DNA from: an uncultured Xanthomonas sp.
Lineage (GTDB): Bacteria; Pseudomonadota; Gammaproteobacteria; Xanthomonadales; Xanthomonadaceae
Length of the DNA: 64,000 nucleotides
Direction: 5' to 3'
NCBI GenBank assembly: GCA_943912265.1
Contig: CALTTS010000011.1
Span: 15,309-79,308 of the forward strand
Of this stretch, positions 17,148 through 27,097 are shown in pieces. Within the stretch, counting starts at the first letter, position 1, and each line of letters opens with the position of its first letter. The notes under the pieces are model-generated. The model saw only the letters and a program-made list of their open reading frames with translations. It was not told the DNA's origin and did not search any database. The position numbers were made by a program, and so were the translations under genes.

Positions 17148-17546
17148 TCACGGACCGGAATTCTCTGCGCCGGGCGGTGGCGGCAGCGTGATCGCGCGCG
17201 GCACCCGCGGCGCGGCGCGCTCGGGGACCGGATCGTCCATGTAGCGCACCCGGCCGCGCTCGTCCATGTACTTGATCCGGTTGATCGCGCGGCCGTCGAA
17301 CGGCACCCGCTCGGCGCCGAGGATCTGCCCGCCGGTGCTGCGCTGCACGCGGCGGATCGCCTCGGACAGCGAGGACGCGCGCTCGCCGCGCTCGGCCCGC
17401 GGCGGCTCCGGCGGGGCGGCCATGTCGCGCGGCGCCGGATGCGCCGGGAACCCGCGCGGCTCCTGCGCCCACACGCCGCCGCCTGCCGCGGCCAGCACGG
17501 CGCAGCAGCTCAGGGGGAGGGATCGACGGAACGTGCGGGAAAACAT
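17148..17546 (-). CDS. Small secreted PepSY-like protein upstream of phoPQ
   Basis: Signal peptide MFSRTFRRSLPLSCCAVLAAAGGGVWA. C-terminal PepSY-like segment (EAIRRVQRSTGGQILGAERVPFDGRAINRIKYMDERGRVRYMD). Confidence 0.5.
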   Translation of the reverse strand: MFSRTFRRSLPLSCCAVLAAAGGGVWAQEPRGFPAHPAPRDMAAPPEPPRAERGERASSLSEAIRRVQRSTGGQILGAERVPFDGRAINRIKYMDERGRVRYMDDPVPERAAPRVPRAITLPPPPGAENSGP

Positions 17547-17716
17547 GACTGCCTCGAATCCTAGCGGATTTCCGAAAGCGTTAGAAAACGGTGAAACCGT
17601 GCTTTCCGTCAGGCAATCCGGGCCGTGGCGGCCCCGCTTGCCGATGGAATTCGAGGCAGATTCTTGGTTTGCGGCGGTGAATCCGGTCTGAAACCGGCCG
17701 GAGCGGCCGCGATCGC

Positions 17717-17732
17717 GTTCAGTTAGCTGAAC
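17717..17732. promoter_or_regulatory. Inverted repeat GTTCAG-N4-CTGAAC
   Basis: Perfect 6-bp arms in the AT-richer region between the ADI-family gene stop and the PepSY-like gene. Could be an operator or a short terminator. Confidence 0.2.
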
Positions 17733-17734
17733 AA

Positions 17735-18649
17735 TCAGAAAACCTCGGCCACACAGCAGCGCAGCGAACCGCCGCCGGCCTCGATCGCCGCCAGCGCCAC
17801 CGCGCCGACCCGGAACCCGGCCCGTTCCAGCTGCGCCGCGTGCACCGGCGCGAGCGCGGCGGCGGCGCGCGCGCTCATCCACACCCGGCCTGGCGCCAGG
17901 GCGATGGCGTTGGCGCAGAACGCCGCCTGTTCGGCACGGTCCAGCCAGACCGCGTGCGGCGCGTACAGCGCGCCGATGCCCAGCGCCACCGCCGGGTCGG
18001 CAAACCCTTCGGACGCCACCAGCGCCGCGCGCCCGGCCAATACCGCCAGCACCACGTTGGCGTGGTATTCACCCGCGGCCAGGTCGAACAGCAGGGTGGC
18101 GCGCAGGCCGAAGGCCCGGTGCATCAGCCGCGCGCCGGCCTCGTCGCAGCGCTCGGACAGGCCGCAGTAGCCGATGCCGCGCAGGCGGTCGATCACCAGC
18201 GAGCCGGTCAGTTCGCAGGGATGCGGCTGGCCGGACAGGTCGATCTCCTCGCGGCCGAGCACGTCGCGCAGGAAGCCGCGGATGTCCGCGCGCTCCGCCT
18301 CGCGCCGGCGCACCGGGTGGCGCATGCGGCCGACGATCGAACGCCCCGGCACGGTGGCGAACACGTTGTTGGGGAACACCGCGTCCGGCGTGGCCGGGTC
18401 GCCCGGGAACGCCAGCACCGGCACGTCGGCGCCCAGCGCCGCCTGCAGCGCGCGGTGCTCGGCCAGCGCGGACGCGGCATCGAAGGCCTCGGCCGCGGCC
18501 ATGTAGCGGTTGTCGCCGGCCGACTGCTCGGCGCGGGCGAAGCCTTCCGGCGCCACCAGGAAGGCCGCGCGCGCGGTGGCCGGGCCGAACGGCGGCAGCG
18601 CCGGGTCGAAGAATGGCCGCAGCGCGGCCGGGTCGCGGGTGACGGTCAT
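17735..18649 (-). CDS. Amidinotransferase/arginine deiminase-superfamily hydrolase (DDAH/CtlX-like)
   Basis: 304 aa ending with a catalytic Cys motif GGGSLRCCVAEVF, typical of the guanidino-group modifying enzyme fold. Confidence 0.65.
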   Translation of the reverse strand: MTVTRDPAALRPFFDPALPPFGPATARAAFLVAPEGFARAEQSAGDNRYMAAAEAFDAASALAEHRALQAALGADVPVLAFPGDPATPDAVFPNNVFATVPGRSIVGRMRHPVRRREAERADIRGFLRDVLGREEIDLSGQPHPCELTGSLVIDRLRGIGYCGLSERCDEAGARLMHRAFGLRATLLFDLAAGEYHANVVLAVLAGRAALVASEGFADPAVALGIGALYAPHAVWLDRAEQAAFCANAIALAPGRVWMSARAAAALAPVHAAQLERAGFRVGAVALAAIEAGGGSLRCCVAEVF

Positions 18650-18665
18650 CGGGATGCCGGGCCGT

Positions 18666-19667
18666 TCAGGCCGCCTCGCGGGTTCGGGTGGCCTGCAGCG
18701 CGCGTTCCACCAGCGACCAGTCGGCGCCGGGCCGGTGCGCGCCCTCGCTGAGGATCTGCCGGAATGCGCGGCCGCCCGGCTGGCCGTGGAACAGGCCGAG
18801 CACGTGGCGGGTGAAATGCTTCAGCGCCATGCCTTCGCCGAGCCGGCGCTCGACGTGCGGGCGCAGGCCGCGCAGCAGGTCGGCACGCCCGGCCAGGCTG
18901 CCGCCGTACAGGGCGACGTCGAGCCGGTGCAGCAGGTACGGGTCGTGGTAGGCGGCACGGCCGAGCATCACGCCGTCCACGTGCCGCAGCTGCGCGCAGG
19001 CGGCATCGAACTCCGCGATGCCGCCGTTCAGCACCACCGGCAGGTCCGGCCGCTCCTGCTTGAGGCGATGCACCCAGTCGTACCTGAGCGGCGGCACATC
19101 GCGGTTCTCCTTCGGCGACAGGCCCTTCAGCCACGCATTGCGCGCGTGCACGACGACCATCGCCGCGCCGGCCGCAACGACGCCGTCGACGAACCCGGCG
19201 AAACGCGCATAGCAGTCGTCGTCGTCCACGCCGAGCCGGCATTTCACCGTCACCGGGACGTCCACCGCAGCGGCCATCGCCGCCACGCACTCGGCCACCC
19301 GCGCCGGCTCGCGCATCAGGCAGGCGCCGAAACGCCCGGCCTGCACGCGGTCGGACGGACAGCCGCAGTTGAGGTTGACTTCGTCGTAGCCCCAGTCGCG
19401 CGCGATGCGCGCCGCCTGCGCCAGCACCGCCGGCTCGCTGCCGCCGAGCTGCAGGGCCAGCGGATGCTCGACGGCATCGAAGCCCAGCAGGCGCGCGCGG
19501 TCGCCGTGGATCGCCGCATTGGCATGCACCATCTCGGTGTACAGCCGCGCGTGCGGCGCCAGCGCGCGGTGGAACACGCGGCACTCGCGGTCGGTCCAGT
19601 CCATCATCGGCGCGACGGACAGGCGCAGGGAATCGGCGTAGGCGGACGGCGGCGTCATGGCGCGCAT
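18666..19667 (-). CDS. dusA: tRNA dihydrouridine(20/20a) synthase DusA
   Basis: SVAPMMDWTDR... FMN-binding TIM barrel with catalytic Cys (NLNCGCPSDRV). An alternative ATG lies 9 nt downstream. Confidence 0.85.
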   Translation of the reverse strand: MRAMTPPSAYADSLRLSVAPMMDWTDRECRVFHRALAPHARLYTEMVHANAAIHGDRARLLGFDAVEHPLALQLGGSEPAVLAQAARIARDWGYDEVNLNCGCPSDRVQAGRFGACLMREPARVAECVAAMAAAVDVPVTVKCRLGVDDDDCYARFAGFVDGVVAAGAAMVVVHARNAWLKGLSPKENRDVPPLRYDWVHRLKQERPDLPVVLNGGIAEFDAACAQLRHVDGVMLGRAAYHDPYLLHRLDVALYGGSLAGRADLLRGLRPHVERRLGEGMALKHFTRHVLGLFHGQPGGRAFRQILSEGAHRPGADWSLVERALQATRTREAA

Positions 19668-19723
19668 TGTAGCGACGGCCGCCCCGTAGCCCGGATCGGG
19701 CGATGCCGAGCGCGGCGGCGCGT

Positions 19724-20440
19724 TCAGGCGGCCAGCGCCTCGATGCGCGCCAGCGCGGCCGGCAGTTCCGCCGCGCCGGCCACGGTGGCCACGTGCGGGT
19801 GGTTCTCGGCCAGGCCGTGCTCGAGCTCGTGCGCCCAGGTCACGTGGTAGGGCATGTGGATGCCCCAGCCGCCGAGCTTCACCACCGGCTCCACGTCCGA
19901 GGGCAGCGAGTTGCCGATCATCGCGAACTCGCCGGGCGCCACGCCGAATTCGGCCAGCACGCGGGTGTAGGTGGCCGGGTCCTTTTCGGAAACGATCTCG
20001 ATGCGCGGAAACAGGTCGGTCAGGCCGGAACGGGCGATCTTGGCTTCCTGGTGGAACAGGTCGCCCTTGGTGATCAGCACCACCGGGTGGCGCGCGGCGA
20101 TGGCGGCGACGGCGTCGCGGATGCCGTCGAGCAGTTCCACCGGGTGCTCCAGCGTGGCCCGGCCGATGTCGAGGATGCGCTTGATGTCGGCAGCGGAGAT
20201 GCGCCCGCCGGTCAGGGCGATGGCGGCCTCGATCATCGACAGGGTCATGCCCTTGGCGCCGTAGCCGAACACCTTGAGGTTGCGCCGTTCCACCGCCAGC
20301 AGGTGCTGCTGCATGCCGGCCGCGCCGAGGTCGATGTAGGCCGAGAGCACGTCCTCCAGCGCCGCCTCGGCCGCGCGGTAGTAGTCCTCGCTGCGCCACA
20401 GCGTGTCGTCGCCGTCGAAACCCACCAGCCTGATCGCCAT
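19724..20440 (-). CDS. HAD superfamily hydrolase
   Basis: Motif I at MAIRLVGFDGDDTLW plus later K/D motifs. ATG chosen at 20440. Confidence 0.7.
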   Translation of the reverse strand: MAIRLVGFDGDDTLWRSEDYYRAAEAALEDVLSAYIDLGAAGMQQHLLAVERRNLKVFGYGAKGMTLSMIEAAIALTGGRISAADIKRILDIGRATLEHPVELLDGIRDAVAAIAARHPVVLITKGDLFHQEAKIARSGLTDLFPRIEIVSEKDPATYTRVLAEFGVAPGEFAMIGNSLPSDVEPVVKLGGWGIHMPYHVTWAHELEHGLAENHPHVATVAGAAELPAALARIEALAA

Positions 20441-20588
20441 CGTTCGCCCCTGCCGCCACGTGAAAGCGCGCAATCATAACGTGCCGCCGGCCTCAGCTTG
20501 AGCGAGTCCGTCAACCTGTTGCACACGCGGCCCTGCTTTGGTCGCACCATGGCGTTCCCCGGCCTCCAGGCGCCCCTAGAATCGGCCC

Positions 20589-23201
20589 ATGAACACCCAA
20601 TACCGCAAGCCCCTGACGGGCACCTCGCTGGATTATTTCGATGCCCGCTCCGCCGTCGAGGCCGTCTCGCCCGGCACCTGGAGCGGCCTGCCCTACACCT
20701 CGCGCGTGCTGGCCGAGAACCTGGTGCGCCGCTGCGAGCCGGCCACGCTGGACGCCTCGCTGCGGCAGCTGACCGAGCGACGGCGCGACCTCGACTTCCC
20801 ATGGTTCCCGGCACGCGTGGTGTGCCACGACATCCTCGGCCAGACCGCGCTGGTGGACTTGGCCGGCCTGCGCGATGCGATTGCCGAGCAAGGTGGCGAC
20901 CCGGCACAGATCAACCCGGTGGTGCCGGTGCAGCTGATCGTGGACCACTCGCTGGCGGTGGAGTGCGGCGGCTACGATCCGGACGCTTTCGCCAAGAACC
21001 GCGCCATCGAGGACCGCCGCAACGCCGACCGTTTCCACTTCATCGAGTGGACGCGCGATGCGTTCCGCAACATGGACGTCATCCCAGCCGGCAACGGCAT
21101 CATGCACCAGATCAATCTGGAGAAGATGTCGCCGGTGGTGCAGGTGCGCGAGGGCGTGGCGTTCCCGGATACCTGCGTTGGCACCGACAGCCACACGCCG
21201 CACGTGGACGCACTGGGCGTGATCGCCATTGGCGTGGGCGGGCTGGAGGCCGAGAACGTGATGCTCGGCCGCGCCTCGTGGATGCGCCTGCCGGACATCG
21301 TCGGCGTGGAACTGACCGGCAAGCCGCAACCGGGCATCACCGCCACCGACGTGGTGCTGGCGCTGACCGAATTCCTGCGCAAGGAGAAGGTGGTCGGTGC
21401 GTGGCTGGAGTTCTTCGGCGAAGGCGCCGCCAGCCTGACCATCGGCGACCGCGCCACCATCTCCAACATGTGCCCGGAATACGGCGCCACCGCCGCGCTG
21501 TTCCACATCGACGGCCAGACCCTGGACTACCTGCGCCTGACCGGCCGCGAGGAGCAGCAGGTCGCCTTGGTGGAAACCTACGCCAAGGCCGCCGGCCTGT
21601 GGGCCGACGACCTGAAGGATGCGCAGTACGAACGCGTGCTGCACTTCGACCTGTCCGGCGTGGTGCGCAACATGGCCGGCCCGTCCAACCCGCACCGGCG
21701 CCTGCCCACCAGCGCGCTGACCGAACGCGGCATCGCCGACGAAACCAAGCTCGATGCCGGCAAGGCCGAGGAAGCGGCCGGGCTGATGCCTGACGGCGCG
21801 GTGATCATCGCCGCCATCACCAGCTGCACCAACACCTCCAACCCGCGCAACGTGATCGCCGCCGCGCTGCTGGCGCGCAACGCCAATGCGCGCGGCCTGA
21901 GCCGCAAGCCGTGGGTGAAGTCCTCGCTGGCACCCGGCTCCAAGGCCGTGCAGCTGTACCTGGAGGAAGCCGGGCTGCTGGGCGAGCTGGAGAAGCTGGG
22001 CTTCGGCATCGTCGCCTTCGCCTGCACCACCTGCAACGGCATGAGCGGTGCGCTGGCCCCGGCGATCCAGCAGGAGATCATCGACCGCGACCTGTACGCC
22101 ACCGCCGTGCTCAGCGGCAACCGCAACTTCGACGGCCGCATCCACCCGTATGCCAAGCAGGCCTTCCTGGCCAGCCCGCCGCTGGTGATCGCCTACGCCA
22201 TCGCCGGCACGGTGCGCTTCGACATCGAGCGCGACGTGCTGGGCGTTGATGCGGACGGCAACGAGGTGCGGCTGAAGGACATCTGGCCGGACGATGCGGA
22301 GATCGACGCCATCGTCAAGGCCAGCGTCAAACCCGAGCAATTCCGCAAGGTCTACGGACCGATGTTCGACGTGAAGGTCGAGCACGCCCGGGTCAGCCCG
22401 TTGTACGACTGGCGCGCGCAGAGCACCTACATCCGCCGCCCGCCGTATTGGGAAGGCGCGCTGGCCGGCGAGCGCACGCTGCGCGGCATGCGCCCGCTGG
22501 CGGTGCTGGGCGACAACATCACCACCGACCACCTGTCCCCGTCCAACGCGATCATGGCCGCCAGCGCCGCCGGCGAATATCTGGCGAAGATGGGCGTGCC
22601 GGAGGAGGACTTCAATTCCTACGCCACCCATCGCGGCGACCACCTGACCGCGCAGCGTGCCACCTTCGCCAACCCCAAGCTGATCAACGAGATGGCGGTG
22701 GTGGACGGTGAAGTGAAACAGGGCTCGCTGGCGCGGCTGGAGCCCGAAGGCGAGGTCAAACGCATGTGGGAGGTGATCGAAACCTACATGGCGCGCAAGC
22801 AGCCGCTGATCGTGATTGCCGGCGCCGATTACGGGCAGGGCAGCTCGCGCGATTGGGCCGCCAAGGGCGTGCGCCTGGCCGGCGTGGAGGCCATCGTGGC
22901 CGAGGGCTTCGAGCGCATCCACCGCACCAACCTGATCGGCATGGGCGTGCTGCCCCTGCAGTTCCCGCTGGAAGTGGACCGCAAGACGCTGGGCATCGAC
23001 GGCACCGAAACCTTCGACGTCGTCGGGCAGCGCACGCCCGGCGCGATGCTCACGCTGGTCATCCGCAAGCGCAACGGCGAGGTCATCGAGACCCCGGTGC
23101 TGTGCCGGCTGGATTCGGACGAGGAAGTGGGCATCTACGAAGCCGGCGGCGTGCTGCAGCGCTTCGCCCAGGACTTCCTGGCGTCCTCGCGCGCGGCATG
23201 A
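20589..23201 (+). CDS. acnD: Fe/S-dependent 2-methylisocitrate dehydratase (aconitase family, AcnD)
   Basis: 870 aa. The N-terminus MNTQYRKPLTGTSLDYFD...LPYTSRVLAENLVRR is AcnD-type. Aconitase Cys ligands and substrate residues are present. Confidence 0.9.
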   Translation: MNTQYRKPLTGTSLDYFDARSAVEAVSPGTWSGLPYTSRVLAENLVRRCEPATLDASLRQLTERRRDLDFPWFPARVVCHDILGQTALVDLAGLRDAIAEQGGDPAQINPVVPVQLIVDHSLAVECGGYDPDAFAKNRAIEDRRNADRFHFIEWTRDAFRNMDVIPAGNGIMHQINLEKMSPVVQVREGVAFPDTCVGTDSHTPHVDALGVIAIGVGGLEAENVMLGRASWMRLPDIVGVELTGKPQPGITATDVVLALTEFLRKEKVVGAWLEFFGEGAASLTIGDRATISNMCPEYGATAALFHIDGQTLDYLRLTGREEQQVALVETYAKAAGLWADDLKDAQYERVLHFDLSGVVRNMAGPSNPHRRLPTSALTERGIADETKLDAGKAEEAAGLMPDGAVIIAAITSCTNTSNPRNVIAAALLARNANARGLSRKPWVKSSLAPGSKAVQLYLEEAGLLGELEKLGFGIVAFACTTCNGMSGALAPAIQQEIIDRDLYATAVLSGNRNFDGRIHPYAKQAFLASPPLVIAYAIAGTVRFDIERDVLGVDADGNEVRLKDIWPDDAEIDAIVKASVKPEQFRKVYGPMFDVKVEHARVSPLYDWRAQSTYIRRPPYWEGALAGERTLRGMRPLAVLGDNITTDHLSPSNAIMAASAAGEYLAKMGVPEEDFNSYATHRGDHLTAQRATFANPKLINEMAVVDGEVKQGSLARLEPEGEVKRMWEVIETYMARKQPLIVIAGADYGQGSSRDWAAKGVRLAGVEAIVAEGFERIHRTNLIGMGVLPLQFPLEVDRKTLGIDGTETFDVVGQRTPGAMLTLVIRKRNGEVIETPVLCRLDSDEEVGIYEAGGVLQRFAQDFLASSRAA

Positions 23202-23782
23202 GCGGGCGCGCTTCCCGGCGCCTGTTCTTCGCGTCGATGCCGCCTGCGGCATGGCGCGAACGAATGCAGGCGCAGGTGGTGGCGCACGGTCTGGACCGGC
23301 GCCTGCGCGGGGCGATGTTCGCGCCCGGCAACTGGCACCAGTCCTGGTCCGAACGGGTGTTCGACCCGACCCCGGCCGAATGCGATGCGTTGCTGCAGGT
23401 GGGCGCGCGAGTCCGTGCCCACGCCTGCACGCTGCCGTTCAACCGCATCGACAGCAGCGGCGACGAGCCCGGCCGCATCCACTGGACGCTGCGCGCGCGC
23501 GGCCGTCCGGCGGCCTTCGATGCCGCGGCCGCATGCATCCGCACCACGCTGGCCGATGCCGGCCATGCGGCCATCGCCACCGGCGTCAGCCCGCACATCA
23601 CGCTCAGCTACTGCGCCCGCGACACGCTGGAGAAGATCGCGCTCGACCCGCCGCTGGCATGGACCATCGACGAGCTGCTGCTGGTGATCGGCGGCGGCCA
23701 GCCCTATGCCTACGAGGTGATCGGCCGCTGGCCGCTGCTGCCGGAAACCGATCCCCCCGCCACCCAGATGGGCCTGTTCTGA
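23198..23782 (+). CDS. 2H phosphoesterase superfamily protein (LigT/2'-5' RNA ligase-like)
   Basis: N-terminus RLFFASMPP and two H-x-[ST]-x motifs (HQSW, HITL). ATG overlaps the acnD stop (ATGA). Confidence 0.6.
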   Translation: MSGRASRRLFFASMPPAAWRERMQAQVVAHGLDRRLRGAMFAPGNWHQSWSERVFDPTPAECDALLQVGARVRAHACTLPFNRIDSSGDEPGRIHWTLRARGRPAAFDAAAACIRTTLADAGHAAIATGVSPHITLSYCARDTLEKIALDPPLAWTIDELLLVIGGGQPYAYEVIGRWPLLPETDPPATQMGLF

Positions 23783-23828
23783 ACCCGGCCCGCCCCGTCC
23801 CACGATTGCACGCACACCGGAGTCCGCG

Positions 23829-25031
23829 ATGTCCCGCCAACCTCAGCCCCATGCGCCGCAAGTCCGCATCCCCGCCACCTACATGCGCGGCGGCACCTCC
23901 AAGGGCGTGTTCTTCCGACTGGAGGACCTGCCCGAGGCCGCGCGCGTGCCGGGCAAGGCGCGCGATGCGCTGCTGCAGCGGGTGATCGGTTCGCCCGACC
24001 CTTACGGCAAGCAGACCGACGGCATGGGCGGGGCCACCTCGAGCACCAGCAAGTGCGTGATCGTCTCGCCCAGCACCCGGCCCGGCCACGACATCGACTA
24101 CCTGTACGGGCAGGTGAGCATCGAGACCGACTTCGTCGACTGGTCTGGCAACTGCGGCAACCTGAGCACCGCTGCCGGCGCCTTCGCCCTGCATGCCGGT
24201 TATGTAAACAGGACGCGCGTGCCCGAGGACGGCGTGGCGGTGGTGCGCATCTGGCAGGCCAACATCGGCAAGACCATCCTCGCCCACGTGCCGGTGACGG
24301 CCGGGCAGGTACAGGAAACCGGCGATTTCGAGTTGGACGGGGTGACCTTCCCGGCCGCCGAGATCGTGCTGGAGTTCATCGACCCGGCCGACGACGGCGA
24401 GGAAGGCGGGGCGATGTTCCCCACCGGCCACGTGGTGGACGCGCTGGACGTGCCCGGCGTCGGCACGCTTCAGGCCACGATGATCAACTCCGGCATCCCC
24501 ACCATCTTCGTCAACGCCGCCGACCTCGGCTTCACCGGCACCGAGTTGCAACCGGCGATCAACGGCGACAAGGCCATCCTCGACAGGATGGAGGCCATCC
24601 GCGTGGCCGGCGCGTTGCGCATGGGTCTGATCAAGGCCCCGGAGGAAGCCGCCACCCGCCAGCACTCGCCCAAGGTGGCCTTCGTCGCGCCCGCGCAGGA
24701 CTACACGAGTTCGGCCGGCAAGACGGTCAAGGCCGGCGACATCGACCTGCTGGTGCGGGCGATGTCGATGGGCAAGCTGCATCACGCGATGATGGGCACC
24801 GCATCGGTGGCCATCGCCACGGCGGCCGCGGTGCCCGGCACGCTGGTCAACCTGGCCGCCGGCGGCGGGCAGCGCGAGGCGGTGCGCTTCGGCCACCCCT
24901 CCGGCACGCTGCGCGTCGGCGCGGCGGTGAAGCAGGTGGACGGCGAGTGGACTGTGGCCAAGGCGGTGATGAGCCGCAGCGCGCGCATCCTGATGGAAGG
25001 CTGGGTGCGGGTGCCGGGCGACTCTTTCTGA
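23829..25031 (+). CDS. prpF: 2-methylaconitate cis-trans isomerase PrpF
   Basis: N-terminal ATYMRGGTSKGVFF motif of the PrpF/AcnX family. 400 aa. Confidence 0.9.
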   Translation: MSRQPQPHAPQVRIPATYMRGGTSKGVFFRLEDLPEAARVPGKARDALLQRVIGSPDPYGKQTDGMGGATSSTSKCVIVSPSTRPGHDIDYLYGQVSIETDFVDWSGNCGNLSTAAGAFALHAGYVNRTRVPEDGVAVVRIWQANIGKTILAHVPVTAGQVQETGDFELDGVTFPAAEIVLEFIDPADDGEEGGAMFPTGHVVDALDVPGVGTLQATMINSGIPTIFVNAADLGFTGTELQPAINGDKAILDRMEAIRVAGALRMGLIKAPEEAATRQHSPKVAFVAPAQDYTSSAGKTVKAGDIDLLVRAMSMGKLHHAMMGTASVAIATAAAVPGTLVNLAAGGGQREAVRFGHPSGTLRVGAAVKQVDGEWTVAKAVMSRSARILMEGWVRVPGDSF

Positions 25032-25111
25032 AACGGCCGCGGCGTCCCGGCCGCATCACGAAGAAGCCACGGACCGCCCTTGTCGCGGCAGGCGCCGCGG
25101 GCGCTCCCGGT

Positions 25112-25486
25112 TCACGGCGCCGGCGCGGCGCCGGACGATGCGCGGTTGAACAGCCACCAGCCCAAACCGACGCCGGACAGCGCACCGACCACTTCCAGCA
25201 CCACGCGCCCGCCCAGTTGGTCCGGGTCGTGGATGTATTCCAGCGCCAGCCGGGCGTACAACGGCGACTCCAACCGCACGATGCTGGTGTAGAACAGGTT
25301 CCAGATGTCCACCCCGGCCCCGGCCGCCACCGCGATCACGCAGGCCCAACCGATGATCTGGCCCTGCGACATCCCCCCGCGCCGCCCCAGCCAGCGCCAG
25401 CCGCAGAACACCAGAAGGCCGGCCAGCAAGGCGATCACGCCGGCCTCGAGCGAACCGAGCAGGCCGAAGTGCAGCGGAAGATTCAT
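25112..25486 (-). CDS. Small integral membrane protein (3-4 TM), hypothetical
   Basis: Hydrophobic segments throughout. Last gene of the long minus-strand array. Confidence 0.4.
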   Translation of the reverse strand: MNLPLHFGLLGSLEAGVIALLAGLLVFCGWRWLGRRGGMSQGQIIGWACVIAVAAGAGVDIWNLFYTSIVRLESPLYARLALEYIHDPDQLGGRVVLEVVGALSGVGLGWWLFNRASSGAAPAP

Positions 25487-25544
25487 GGCGTGCCCCCTCG
25501 TGCAAAGGGCGCCAGTCTAGTCGCTCGCACGGGCTGCGGCTCGC

Positions 25545-26285
25545 TCAGCGCACCGGCACGTCGTAGGCGATGGTCGGCGCGGGTTCGGGCTGGAAGGTGT
25601 AGTGCCACCACTCGTTCGGATAGTTGACGAAACCTGCTGCGGCCATTGCCTGCAGCAACTGCCGGCGATGGGCACGCTGCACCTCGCCCAGGCCCGGCGC
25701 GTCGGTATGCGCGCGCAGGCCGAAGTAGTCGAAGCCGGTGCCCATGTCCAGCGCCGTGCAGGCCTTGCGGCAATCGAGCAGGCCCAGATCGACGGTGGCG
25801 CCGCGGCTGTGGCCGGACACTTCGGCCACATAGCCGTCGGGGATGATCCGCGCCTTGTCCAGATCGGGGTAGAACTCGGCCTTGTTCGCCTGATCGGCCG
25901 GATCGGCGGCCCAGGCGACGAAAGCCTTGACCGCACGCACGGGGCGGTAGCAATCGAACATCAGCAGCGAATACCCCTCGGCACGCAGACCGGCCTGCAC
26001 CTTGGCCAGCGCCTGCGCCACCGGCGCGAGCAGCAGGCAGGTCGGCGCCTCGTAACCCGGTACCGGGCGGGCGGTGAAGTTGTGCCAGCCGGCATAGCGC
26101 ATGTCCAGGGCGATGTCCGGCGCCAGCGTGCGCACGTCCACCAACCCGGCTTCGGCGGCGGTGGTGGCCGGTGACACGCTCACCTCGCCAGCGCGGGCAA
26201 CAGGCACAAATGCCGTTGCCGCCGCCACGAGCACGCAAGCGGCCAGTGGGAAATGTCGGGCGCAACGGACCATCGGCGGGTTCAT
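25545..26285 (-). CDS. D-alanyl-D-alanine dipeptidase (VanX/DdpX, peptidase M15D)
   Basis: Zinc-binding motifs SGHSRGATVDL and EWWHYT. Signal peptide present. Confidence 0.85.
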   Translation of the reverse strand: MNPPMVRCARHFPLAACVLVAAATAFVPVARAGEVSVSPATTAAEAGLVDVRTLAPDIALDMRYAGWHNFTARPVPGYEAPTCLLLAPVAQALAKVQAGLRAEGYSLLMFDCYRPVRAVKAFVAWAADPADQANKAEFYPDLDKARIIPDGYVAEVSGHSRGATVDLGLLDCRKACTALDMGTGFDYFGLRAHTDAPGLGEVQRAHRRQLLQAMAAAGFVNYPNEWWHYTFQPEPAPTIAYDVPVR

Positions 26286-26324
26286 CCGGAGGAAGGCGAC
26301 ATGCGCATCATCCCGCCGCCGGCC

Positions 26325-27086
26325 TCACTGCGTCCACGCATCGCGGGTCAGCGCGTACAGGATGCTGCGGTCCTTGCCGTCCAGCTCGGTCGCGCCGTCG
26401 CCGCGGTAGTGGTTGCGGAACGCGCGCACCGTGGCGGCCTTGTCGTCGAGCGGGTAGCCGATCAGGCGCAGCGCGATCCACGGGTCGAAGTTGGCCGGCG
26501 GGGTTTCGTCGTCGCGCTCGGGCCAGCGGCCGTATCCGGCATCGGCCAACCGCTTCCACGGGAACAAGGGGCCCGGGTCTGGCTTGCGGGTCGGCGCGAA
26601 ATCCTGATGGCCGACGATGGCCGATCGCGGAATGCGCAGGCGCTTGCACAGGTCGTCCAGCAACACGATCAGGCTGTCGATCTGCGCATCGGGGAACGGA
26701 CTGTGCCCGTCGTTGTCGATCTCGATGCCGATGGAGGCCGAGTTCAGATCGGTGATCGTGCCCCATTGCCCGGGACCGGCCTGCCACGCGCGCTTGCCGT
26801 CGGCGACGAGCTGGTACAGATGCCCGTCGCGGCCGACCAGATAATGCGCACTGACCGGGCCGCCGCTGTTGGCCGTGCGCAGCGTGTCCAGCGATTCCTG
26901 TACCGACCCCTGATCGGTGTAGTGCAGCACGATCAGGATCGGCCGGCGCGCGTCGAAATTCTTCGACGGCACCCACGTGGCCAGCGGATTGCGCGGGTCG
27001 TGGGCGCAGGCGGACAGCAGCACGGCGAGCAGCACCATGCCGATCAGGCGCGGCAGGCGAAACGATTGGGAACGGGGCATCGGCAT
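26325..27086 (-). CDS. N-acetylmuramoyl-L-alanine amidase, AmpD/AmiD family (amidase_2), lipoprotein
   Basis: Lipobox LLSAC and amidase_2 features (HYTDQGS...HYLVGRDG...GHQDFAPTRKPDPGPLFPW). Confidence 0.8.
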   Translation of the reverse strand: MPMPRSQSFRLPRLIGMVLLAVLLSACAHDPRNPLATWVPSKNFDARRPILIVLHYTDQGSVQESLDTLRTANSGGPVSAHYLVGRDGHLYQLVADGKRAWQAGPGQWGTITDLNSASIGIEIDNDGHSPFPDAQIDSLIVLLDDLCKRLRIPRSAIVGHQDFAPTRKPDPGPLFPWKRLADAGYGRWPERDDETPPANFDPWIALRLIGYPLDDKAATVRAFRNHYRGDGATELDGKDRSILYALTRDAWTQ

Positions 27087-27097
27087 GCTTCCTCGAA

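Noticed and set aside
22766-23197. N-terminal 144 codons of ORF 22766..23782 as part of the LigT-like gene.
   Set aside because: That part lies inside acnD in another frame and is Arg/Gly-rich. The real start is the ATG at 23198, overlapping the acnD stop.
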